Shown here in pieces: positions 56,541-64,000 of a stretch of DNA of 64,000 nucleotides. The notes under the pieces were generated by a model. It was given only the letters and a program-made list of their open reading frames with translations, ran no database searches and was not told where the DNA came from. Within the stretch, counting starts at the first letter, position 1; each line of letters begins with the position of its first letter. The DNA lies in assembly GCA_028286665.1 (NCBI GenBank), contig JAQBRD010000026.1, positions 7,967-71,966 on the forward strand, written 5' to 3'. This DNA is from Candidatus Tayloriibacteriota bacterium (GTDB taxonomy: Bacteria > Patescibacteriota > Minisyncoccia > Phycocordibacterales > PALSA-1337). A program made the position numbers and the translations under genes.

Positions 56541-57518
56541 ATGTCGAACTTCAACGTTGTATTGCCATCAAAGCCAAAGATCGTCCGAGAGGAGGGTATG
56601 AGCGGTGTGTATGAAATCGACGGACTCTATCCAGGATACGGACACACGCTTGGAAACTCGCTCCGACGAATCATCCTCTCATCGCTTCCTGGCGCAGCTG
56701 TCAGCAAGGTGAAGATCAAGGGCGTAGAGCATGAATTCTCATCGATCGACGGCGTGAAGGAAGACGTCATCGCCATCCTCCTCAACCTCAAGCGACTCCG
56801 CGTGCGAGTCGCAGGTGATGAGCCACAGGTCATCACCATCAAGGCGAAGGGCATCAAGTCCATCAAGGCGAAGGATATCGATGCTCCGTCTCAGGTTGAG
56901 ATCCTCAACGCAGAGCTCCATATCGCTGAGCTCACCGACAAGAACGCAGAGCTCGACATGGAGATCACCGTCGTGAAAGGCCTCGGCTACGTTGCCAAGG
57001 AGGTCCTCGAGAAGGAGCGAATCGACATCGGCACCATCTCTCTCGATGCGACATTCACTCCGATCCGAAAGGTGAACTACGAAGTCGAGAATATGCGAAT
57101 CGGCGACCGAACTGACTTCAACCGCCTCCGCATCACTATCGAGACAGACGGCACGCTTACGCCGAACCAGGCTCTCGAGAACTCGATCGGCATCATGATC
57201 AGCCAGCTCAAGGCGATCGTCGGCTTCAAGGAAGAAGAAGCTCCTGAAGCGAAGAAGTCCGAAGAATCAGAAGGCTCAGAAGACGCTGGCTCAGAAGACA
57301 CTTCAAAGGAACCTGATGCTGATCTCTTGAAGACTCGCATCGACACCATCGGACTCTCTCCTCGAACCGTCAAGGCGCTCACTGCAGCGAACATCCGAAC
57401 TATCGGAGGCCTTGCGCGAAAGAAGGAAGATGATATCCTCGATGTCGAAGGCCTCGGCACCAAGGGCATCCAAGAGATCAAGAAAGTGCTTTCGACTTAT
57501 GGCATTTCATTGAAGTAA
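56541..57518 (+). CDS. rpoA: RNA polymerase alpha subunit
   Basis: GYGHTLGNSLRRIILSS, HEFS.IDGVKEDV, alpha-CTD. Confidence 0.98.
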   Translation: MSNFNVVLPSKPKIVREEGMSGVYEIDGLYPGYGHTLGNSLRRIILSSLPGAAVSKVKIKGVEHEFSSIDGVKEDVIAILLNLKRLRVRVAGDEPQVITIKAKGIKSIKAKDIDAPSQVEILNAELHIAELTDKNAELDMEITVVKGLGYVAKEVLEKERIDIGTISLDATFTPIRKVNYEVENMRIGDRTDFNRLRITIETDGTLTPNQALENSIGIMISQLKAIVGFKEEEAPEAKKSEESEGSEDAGSEDTSKEPDADLLKTRIDTIGLSPRTVKALTAANIRTIGGLARKKEDDILDVEGLGTKGIQEIKKVLSTYGISLK

Positions 57519-57539
57519 CATTTATTAATCACCACCACC

Positions 57540-57890
57540 ATGCGACACCATTCATCAATCAGAAAGTTCGGACGAGAGAAGGACCAGCGCAATGCGCTCA
57601 TGAAGTCTCTTGCACGAAACCTCGTTCTGCACGAGCAGATCATCACGACGCTTCCTAAGGCGAAGTCTCTTCGCCCTATCATCGAGAAGCTCATAACCAA
57701 GGCGAAGACAGGAACGCTCGCGTCGCGACGACTCGTGAATGCGCGCATCGGCGGTGAGAAGGAGACGAAGATCCTTTTCGATACGATTGCTCCGAAGTAC
57801 GCTACTCGAAACGGCGGCTATACCCGGATCGTGAAGCTTCCTCGACGACAGCTCGACGCAGCGCCTATGGCTGTTATTCAGTTCGTATAA
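57540..57890 (+). CDS. rplQ: 50S ribosomal protein L17
   Basis: MRH, ITTLPKAK, RNGGYTRI. Confidence 0.97.
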   Translation: MRHHSSIRKFGREKDQRNALMKSLARNLVLHEQIITTLPKAKSLRPIIEKLITKAKTGTLASRRLVNARIGGEKETKILFDTIAPKYATRNGGYTRIVKLPRRQLDAAPMAVIQFV

Positions 57891-57907
57891 TCCATAACAG
57901 CACCTTT

Positions 57908-58276
57908 ATGAAACCAACAACAATTACAGGAAATACCGTGACGATCGACGCGACAGGAAAGCGCCTCGGCCGAGTCGCAAGCGAAGCGGCTTCACACCTC
58001 CTCGGAAAGAAGTCTCCGACATTCGCGCGAAACGAAGTCGCTGACGTCAAGGTCCGCATCGTGAACTGCGCGCAGGCGTACATCGATACGAAGAAGAAGG
58101 CGGACAAGGAATACGTTACTTTCACCGGATTCCGCGGCGGCCTCAACACCGAGTCTCTCTCAGCGCTCATCGCGCGAAAGGGAATCTGCGAGCCTTTCCA
58201 GCGCGCAGTCTACCGAATGATCCCTGGAAACTCCCTTCGAAAGAAGCGAATGATGAATTTAACTATTAGCGAATAA
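57908..58276 (+). CDS. rplM: 50S ribosomal protein L13 (short)
   Basis: IDATGKRLGRVAS, LLGK, AVYRMIP. Confidence 0.94.
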   Translation: MKPTTITGNTVTIDATGKRLGRVASEAASHLLGKKSPTFARNEVADVKVRIVNCAQAYIDTKKKADKEYVTFTGFRGGLNTESLSALIARKGICEPFQRAVYRMIPGNSLRKKRMMNLTISE

Positions 58277-58277
58277 T

Positions 58278-58700
58278 ATGATGACACCTACAAAAACCAC
58301 AGCGACAGGAGAGCGATACATCGAAGCGGTCGGCCGACGAAAGACGGCTATCGCCCGAGTCCGGATCACTCCTGCGACGAAGACCACCTACTCCGTCAAC
58401 GGAAAGGACCTTCCTGAATATTTCACGATCAAGGAGCAGGCAATCACAGCTGCAGAAGCTCTTGCAACATCAAAGATCGCTGCGAAGTTCAAGATCTCAG
58501 TCGTCCTCAAGGGCGGCGGCATGAATGCCCAGGCAGACGCGATGCGACACGGCATGGCGCGAGCGATCATCGAATACGATAAGGAGCTCCGAGGCGTATT
58601 GAAGAAGGCAGGCCTTCTCAAGCGAGACCCTCGAGCCAAGGAACGACGAAAGTTCGGTCTCCGAAAGGCGCGAAAGGCTCCTCAGTGGTCGAAACGATAA
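58278..58700 (+). CDS. rpsI: 30S ribosomal protein S9
   Basis: GRRKTAIARV, GGG..AQA, RDPR.KERRKFGL.KARKAPQWSKR. Confidence 0.98.
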   Translation: MMTPTKTTATGERYIEAVGRRKTAIARVRITPATKTTYSVNGKDLPEYFTIKEQAITAAEALATSKIAAKFKISVVLKGGGMNAQADAMRHGMARAIIEYDKELRGVLKKAGLLKRDPRAKERRKFGLRKARKAPQWSKR

Positions 58701-58742
58701 AACAAAAAACCCGCTCAATGCGGGTTTTTTGTTTTATCGTTT
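58692..58742 (+). terminator. Operon terminator, 23-bp perfect hairpin including the rpsI stop
   Basis: AAACGATAAAACAAAAAACCCGC-TCAAT-GCGGGTTTTTTGTTTTATCGTTT. Confidence 0.85.
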
Positions 58743-58746
58743 TGAC

Positions 58747-58898
58747 GGCCGGAGCGTAGCCGCTATGCTGCGAAGCAGCTGCGGCAAGCGAGGCGGGGTC
58801 GCGCAAAATCTGCGGAGCAGATTTATGCGTGACCAAGCGATAATCCTTCGCTCGAAGGAAATAAAAGAAAAAGCACCCTTGCAGGTGTTTTTTCTTTT
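58747..58898. repeat. Array of hairpins (REP-like element plus a second terminator)
   Basis: GCTGC-GAA-GCAGC; GGTCGCGCA-AAATCTGC-GGA-GCAGATTT-A-TGCGTGACC; TCCTTCG-CT-CGAAGGA; AAAAGAAAAAGCACC...GGTGTTTTTTCTTTT. Confidence 0.6.
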
Positions 58899-58989
58899 GC
58901 TTGCCGGAAATTGCTTTATATCAATATATATGTTATAGTATTCACATTGGAATTGGCTCTTTGAGACGATTCAGAAAGGAAAAGGTTAT

Positions 58990-59487
58990 ATGAAAGTAGA
59001 ATGTATAACCCCCAAAAACACCAGCTTGCTCATTCAGGCAAGACAGAAGGTCAATCCTGACGAAGGCAAAACTCAAGAGGAGTTCGCTGCAGAGGCAGAG
59101 AAATACGCGATCGCAGGAGATAGAAAGGCGTTCGTCATGCTCGGAAATTCTGGCGTGATCGGATACATTCTCGTCCTTGCTATCGGGGCCGTCCCTGAGG
59201 CGATCCCCGATGGGAAGCACTTCTCAAGCTATGCGCATATTTCGAAGATCGGAGTCGATCAGGCCTTTCGAAGGAAGGGCGTCGGCAAAATACTTCTCGT
59301 GCACGCAGAGGCTTGGGCAAAAGCGAGGTCGATGAAAGGCATCTGGCTGGACTATCTCCCTGAAACCGAAGGCTTGGCGGAATTCTATTCCAATGCCGAG
59401 TATCGTAAGATCCTCGATTTCGAGGATGCAAAAAAGGGGAAGGTTAAGCTCCGGAGGATAGCCGCGAAAGGCTTCAAAACTGAATGA
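58990..59487 (+). CDS. GNAT N-acetyltransferase
   Basis: 'IGVDQAFRRKGVGK.L' motif A, 'EFY'. Confidence 0.85.
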   Translation: MKVECITPKNTSLLIQARQKVNPDEGKTQEEFAAEAEKYAIAGDRKAFVMLGNSGVIGYILVLAIGAVPEAIPDGKHFSSYAHISKIGVDQAFRRKGVGKILLVHAEAWAKARSMKGIWLDYLPETEGLAEFYSNAEYRKILDFEDAKKGKVKLRRIAAKGFKTE

Positions 59488-59496
59488 ACAAGCGCT

Positions 59497-59526
59497 AAGC
59501 CGCCTGAACCAACAGGCGGCTTTGTT
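59497..59526 (+). terminator. Intrinsic terminator
   Basis: AAGCCGCCTG-AACCAA-CAGGCGGCTT-TGTT. Confidence 0.7.
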
Positions 59527-59562
59527 ATTGCGCTCTGCCGCGATACCGATTAGAATGATCGC

Positions 59563-60192
59563 ATGTTCATCACCCAATTGGTTACTATCGCCGTCGTCCA
59601 TCTGCTCGCCGTCATGACCCCGGGTCCAGACTTCGCGATGGTGACACGCAACAGCCTCATCTATTCACGCAGGATCGGCGTCTGTACGTCTTTCGGAATA
59701 GCGCTCGGCATTCTCGTTCATACAGCGTACTCGCTTCTCGGCATCGGCCTTCTCATCTCGAAGTCAATCGTTCTTTTCAACGTCATCAAATTCGTCGGCG
59801 CAGGATACCTCATATACATCGGCTGGAAATCGTTGCGAGCAAAGCCTCAGTCTGCCGATAGTTCAGCCGAACTCCAGAAAGAGAAGCAGATATCTGTCGC
59901 TGCAGCCATCAAGACCGGCTTCCTGACCAATGTGCTGAACCCGAAAGCAACCCTATTCTTCCTCGCGCTCTTCACGCAGGTGATCGATCCTGCCACTCCG
60001 AAACTGATTCAGTCATTCTACGGTTTCGAGATGATGGTCATCACGTTCGCATGGTTCGGCTTCCTCTCGATCGTCTTCTCCAACAGCATTATCAAGACGA
60101 AAATCACGCGATTCCAGCATCGTATCGAACAGATGACCGGCGTCGTGCTCCTCGCGCTCGGCATCAAGGTCGCGCTTTCCAGCCATAAATAA
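59563..60192 (+). CDS. LysE/RhtB family amino acid exporter
   Basis: TPGPDF, GAGYLIYIG, GFLTNVLNPKA; promoter TTGCGC-17 nt-TAGAAT 6 nt upstream. Confidence 0.93.
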   Translation: MFITQLVTIAVVHLLAVMTPGPDFAMVTRNSLIYSRRIGVCTSFGIALGILVHTAYSLLGIGLLISKSIVLFNVIKFVGAGYLIYIGWKSLRAKPQSADSSAELQKEKQISVAAAIKTGFLTNVLNPKATLFFLALFTQVIDPATPKLIQSFYGFEMMVITFAWFGFLSIVFSNSIIKTKITRFQHRIEQMTGVVLLALGIKVALSSHK

Positions 60193-60266
60193 AAGATAAA
60201 GTTCTTCTTGCAATCGGCGCATGTCAAGAATTGCAAAAACTTCTTGCTCCAGTATACTAAGAACAT

Positions 60267-60911
60267 ATGGCAAATACCTCAGACGAAAACAACAAAAATA
60301 CAGATGGGAATTCGGCAGGCCCGCTCGAGAATGTCGCAGACGAATCGCTTCAGGATGCGGATATTTCCTATGAATCTGGCGCGGATGCGGATCTCGACGA
60401 CAGCGTCGTGACCGAGGAGACTCTGCAGGAAACTGTCAAGAAACTCCGTGAGAAATTGAAGAAGGTGAGTGCAGAGAAGCAGGAATATCTCACCGGCTGG
60501 CAGAAGGACAAGGCAGAATTCCTCAATGCCCGCAAGCGCGACAAGGAAGCGAATGAGCAATTCATAAAGTTCGCAAATGAGAACCTCATCAACGAATTCA
60601 TTCCGGTGCTCGATAGCTTCAATATGGCAATGGGCAACAAGGAAGCCTGGGACAAAGTTGAGAAGAATTGGCGAGTCGGCGTCGAATACATCTTCGGCCA
60701 GCTGAAGAAGGTGCTTGAGGAAAATGGATTGAAGGAAGTCGATCCGATCGGCCTGAAATTCGATCCGATGCGCGACGAGGCGATCAGCTTCGAGCCTGTC
60801 GACGATCCTGCAAAGGACCAGACCGTCACTACGGTCATCCAGAAGGGCTACATGCTCAACGGCAAGGCGCTCAAGGCGCCGAAGGTGAAGGTCGGAGAGT
60901 TCAAGAAATAG
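60267..60911 (+). CDS. grpE: Nucleotide exchange factor GrpE
   Basis: AEFLNARKR, PVLDSF, FDP...EA, QKGY.LNGK.L..PKVKV. Confidence 0.93.
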   Translation: MANTSDENNKNTDGNSAGPLENVADESLQDADISYESGADADLDDSVVTEETLQETVKKLREKLKKVSAEKQEYLTGWQKDKAEFLNARKRDKEANEQFIKFANENLINEFIPVLDSFNMAMGNKEAWDKVEKNWRVGVEYIFGQLKKVLEENGLKEVDPIGLKFDPMRDEAISFEPVDDPAKDQTVTTVIQKGYMLNGKALKAPKVKVGEFKK

Positions 60912-60969
60912 CAAATATCCGGTGTGATATGATTGTAAGTGCTAGCAGCTCGGTTGCTATTAATCAAAT

Positions 60970-61338
60970 ATGCATCAAATAAATCAAGCTTTTAAAAGCA
61001 CTATAATCGGACTTATTCCGTCTCTCGCATTATCAACCTTCGTTATATTGCTCCTCTTCACTCAGGTTTCTGGAGACGGATATTGGATGATACCCGTACT
61101 TATTATTTCACCCGTAGCAATTTTGTTTCTGTCCTTTCTCGTCGGGCATTTCATTCTTAGCTTGAAAAGTATTTCTATCCAGGTAATAACCTTTCTGGCT
61201 ATCTCGTTAGTGGCCATAAGTTTGGCATATTTCTTCGGAACGAATTGTGAATTTCAACAAACCTTCGGAGGGCGCTGCAAGCTTCTTGAGAAACCACAAA
61301 GCGTAAACATGCAATTGAAATTTCCTCAGATACAATAA
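60970..61338 (+). CDS. AT-rich three-TM hypothetical protein
   Basis: Hydrophobic segments, low GC; stop overlaps the next ATG (TAATG). Confidence 0.6.
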   Translation: MHQINQAFKSTIIGLIPSLALSTFVILLLFTQVSGDGYWMIPVLIISPVAILFLSFLVGHFILSLKSISIQVITFLAISLVAISLAYFFGTNCEFQQTFGGRCKLLEKPQSVNMQLKFPQIQ

Positions 61339-64000
61339 TGAATACTGAAGCATTCGAAAAACTCTACAAGAACCTGAATAAGGAACAGAAGAAAGCTGTC
61401 GATACGATCGACGGCCCTGTCATGGTCATTGCTGGTCCGGGAACAGGCAAGACCTCCATTCTCACGCTTCGCATCGCGAACATTCTGAAACAGACGGACA
61501 CGCCGCCGCACGGCATCCTGGCGATCACGTATACGGACGCCGGCGTGAAGGCTATGCGTGCGAAGCTCCAGAGGGTGATCGGCGGCCGTGCCCACGAGGT
61601 GCGCATCCACACCTTCCACGGATTCGCCGCGGCTATCATCGCCGAGCATCCGGACCATTTCATGCACCTGAAGGACTTGAAGCAGATGACGTCGATCGAG
61701 CAGGAATCGCTCATCAGGTCGATTCTCCTCGATCCAGAATTGAGCGACCTGCGCCCGCTCGGCAAGCCCGATAATTATATTTCGCCGATCACCCGCACCA
61801 TCGACGATGCGAAGCGCGAGGCTCTATCTCCAGCCATGGTGGCCGAACATGCCGAGAAGGAAAAGACTCGCATAACCGAGGATCCGGCCTCCATATCGAG
61901 CCGTGGGGTCACCAAGGGGCAATTGAAGGCTGAAGCCAAGGAATCCATCGCCAAATGCGAACGCACGGTGCTTTTCGCCAAGGCCTATGCCGCGTATGAG
62001 ACGAAGAAGCGGGAAGCCGGCAGGATGGACTTCAACGATCTCATCATCGAGCTGCTTGCCGCGCTCAGGAATGACGAGCTGCTCCTCCGGCTCATCCAGG
62101 AGCAATTCCTCTATATTCATGTCGATGAACATCAGGACACGAACGATGCGCAGAATTATATCGTCGCGCTCATCGCGGAGTTTTTCGAAACTCCGAACAT
62201 CTTCATCGTCGGAGATGAGAAACAGGCGATCTACCGCTTCCAAGGAGCATCTGTCGAGAACTTCCTCCTCATGCAGAAGCGCTGGCCGTCGATGGAGATC
62301 ATCTCGCTTGCGACCAACTATCGTTCGCATCAGAGCATCCTCGATGCGAGCTTCGGCATGATCGAAAAGAACTATGAAGACGGCGAGCACGCCAATCTCC
62401 GCATCCGGCTCAAGTCGGGAAGCGAAGACGCTGCGAAGCCTGTTGATGTCGTCATCGCTGAGAATGCATATGCAGCCGATCTGCACCTTGTCCGCGAATT
62501 GAAGGCGATCGCCGTTTCGGAACCTGCAGCGACTGTCGCCATCATCACTCGCCGAAATCGCGACCTCGACCGCATCATCCGGCTTCTCGAATCGCACGAT
62601 GTCGAAGTCTCTTCGGAACGAAGCGTCGATATCTTCAGCCACCCGGTCGGCATGCTGTTCTTCGATCTCATCGAATTCCTGGTCGATCCGACTCGGACAG
62701 ATCTGCTCGCGAAGACCGTCATCGCCGGCATGTGGGGAATTCCTTTCAATGAGGCTGTTGAGATCATACGCGCGCTGAGGAGCGGATCCGGGCAGAAGGA
62801 GCATTTCGATATTGGAAAGAATTTGCCCGGTCTCGTTTCCATCCGCAAGGAGCTGCTCTCGGACGGAGCGGTCGGCTTCCTCGTGCACGCCGCGATGGAA
62901 TCCGGCTTCACGCGGCTTGTCGCCGCTGATCCTTCATACGTATATATATGGCGCGGCATCGTCGCGCTCGCTGAATCCCTCGCACGCGAAAGCAGCATTC
63001 ATGACCCATCGCAGCTCATGAAGCAGCTGCTCGAGTATCGCCTCTCAGCTGAAACCAAGGCCGTGAAAGTCACTGTCGGCGCACCGGATGTTCCGATACA
63101 TGCGCTCACGGCGCACGGCAGCAAGGGCCTCGAATTCGATTATGTCTTCATTCCGCATGCGACCGAGGAAGCCTGGGTCGGACGGAATCGCGGCAGCTCT
63201 TTCATCCTGCCGAACAAGAAGGCGAGCGACTCCGATATTCGCGACAACCGCCGGCTTTTCTATGTAGCCCTCACTCGCGCCCGAAAGCATGTGACGATAC
63301 TGACGCCGCTCGAAGAATCGGACGGCAAGATCCTCACCGAAGTGCGCTTCATATCCGAACTCGATCCGGGGCACATCTCGATCAATCGCATTCCGAGAGC
63401 CGAGATCGAGCTCAGTACGCTTGCCGCAGCAAGCGCCGGCTCTGACGCATCCGAACCTGGAATTTCGCCGAACGATTCGAAATTCATCGATCTCGCCAAG
63501 CGCGTGCTCACCGACAAGGGCCTTTCAGTTACCGCGCTCAATCATTTCCTCGCGTGCCCGAACACATTCCTGTATCAGAGCATTCTGAAGCTGCCGCAGG
63601 CTCCGGCGGTGCCGGCTGAAAAGGGAAACGCCATGCATGCAGCGCTTTCAGCTGTCTGGACATCCGAGAAGCGCGACGAGGCGACGATATCGGATCTCAT
63701 TGTCGAAAAGACCGCCGACTATTTCGATCAATCGCTCCTGTCCGTCGCAGAGAAAGCCGCTATCCAAAAAGAGCTTTCCAAGAACGCGCCCGCAGTCGCA
63801 AAAGCCCTCGTGCCGCATTTCGCGCTTGCATCAAGCGGTGCGTCAGTATTCACCGAACACTGGGTGAAGACGAATTTCACGGGATCATATGAGGGAAAGC
63901 CGATCGATATTCCTATTCACGGCAAGCTCGATGCCATCGTCGATACCGGCAGCGAAGTCCTCGTCTTCGATTACAAGACCAAGCAATCCATGTCGGTCAA
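61338..64000 (+). CDS. UvrD/PcrA-family helicase with C-terminal PD-(D/E)XK nuclease (AdnA/B-like); runs off the window, absent from the ORF track
   Basis: Manual translation: LNKEQKKAV, AGPGTGKT, VDEHQDTN, VGDEKQAIYRFQGA, NYRS, TAHGSKGLEFD, RRLFYVALTRA, then LSVTALN..LACP, GNAMH, GKLD, DYKT. Confidence 0.93.
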   Translation, partial: MNTEAFEKLYKNLNKEQKKAVDTIDGPVMVIAGPGTGKTSILTLRIANILKQTDTPPHGILAITYTDAGVKAMRAKLQRVIGGRAHEVRIHTFHGFAAAIIAEHPDHFMHLKDLKQMTSIEQESLIRSILLDPELSDLRPLGKPDNYISPITRTIDDAKREALSPAMVAEHAEKEKTRITEDPASISSRGVTKGQLKAEAKESIAKCERTVLFAKAYAAYETKKREAGRMDFNDLIIELLAALRNDELLLRLIQEQFLYIHVDEHQDTNDAQNYIVALIAEFFETPNIFIVGDEKQAIYRFQGASVENFLLMQKRWPSMEIISLATNYRSHQSILDASFGMIEKNYEDGEHANLRIRLKSGSEDAAKPVDVVIAENAYAADLHLVRELKAIAVSEPAATVAIITRRNRDLDRIIRLLESHDVEVSSERSVDIFSHPVGMLFFDLIEFLVDPTRTDLLAKTVIAGMWGIPFNEAVEIIRALRSGSGQKEHFDIGKNLPGLVSIRKELLSDGAVGFLVHAAMESGFTRLVAADPSYVYIWRGIVALAESLARESSIHDPSQLMKQLLEYRLSAETKAVKVTVGAPDVPIHALTAHGSKGLEFDYVFIPHATEEAWVGRNRGSSFILPNKKASDSDIRDNRRLFYVALTRARKHVTILTPLEESDGKILTEVRFISELDPGHISINRIPRAEIELSTLAAASAGSDASEPGISPNDSKFIDLAKRVLTDKGLSVTALNHFLACPNTFLYQSILKLPQAPAVPAEKGNAMHAALSAVWTSEKRDEATISDLIVEKTADYFDQSLLSVAEKAAIQKELSKNAPAVAKALVPHFALASSGASVFTEHWVKTNFTGSYEGKPIDIPIHGKLDAIVDTGSEVLVFDYKTKQSMSV

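Noticed and set aside
1650-62998. Many long antisense or alternate-frame ORFs (e.g. 1650-2699, 8345-9211, 19979-21328, 37922-38908, 39800-40705, 43297-44217, 61824-62888)
   Set aside because: They shadow well-supported genes, have no motifs, and are expected from the strong NTC/GAN codon bias that removes antisense stops
1-64000. Alternative genetic code 25 (TGA=Gly)
   Set aside because: TGA ends conserved genes at their expected C-termini (ychF, mnmA), and conserved genes have no in-frame TGA
1-64000. HIP1-like or methylation-related over-representation of TCGA/CGATCG
   Set aside because: Largely explained by ATC/CTC/GTC/TTC codons followed by GAN; I could not test it against a codon-aware null

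Overview
A dense 64 kb chromosomal segment, most likely from a Patescibacteria/CPR bacterium (Parcubacteria-like). Supporting signs: a shortened AlaRS, a sigma4-HTH protein, an FtsA-like/baseplate-J-like gene pair, no Shine-Dalgarno signals, and genetic code 11. It carries housekeeping genes (pyk, zwf, ychF, mnmA, alaS, rsmI, the infA-rpmJ-rpsM-rpsK-rpsD-rpoA-rplQ-rplM-rpsI cluster, grpE, and a UvrD-like helicase-nuclease running off the end). It also has an ECF-sigma/MacAB-type efflux operon and an MltG/alpha-2-macroglobulin/PBP1C module. I found no rRNA, tRNA, CRISPR array, transposase or integrase. The best candidate for an undescribed system is at 15.3-25.5 kb. There, an unannotated 56-aa LysW-like zinc-ribbon protein ends in -DEGK rather than -EDWGE. 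It is clustered with a fold-type-II PLP enzyme, an ATP-grasp ligase, an NlpC/P60-like hydrolase, MraY, a Bpt/ATE-like tRNA-dependent transferase and an Mpl-like Mur ligase with altered motifs. Together these suggest a carrier-protein-based route to an unusual cell-wall peptide (inference). Other signals: pervasive -10 boxes 6-8 nt before start codons (leaderless mRNAs), strong CGA-Arg preference in ribosomal protein genes, two ~120-bp elements bounded by long perfect inverted repeats, a candidate ncRNA transcription unit, and a candidate ECF promoter inside the sigma gene. All protein calls come from motif recognition by eye, without database searches.
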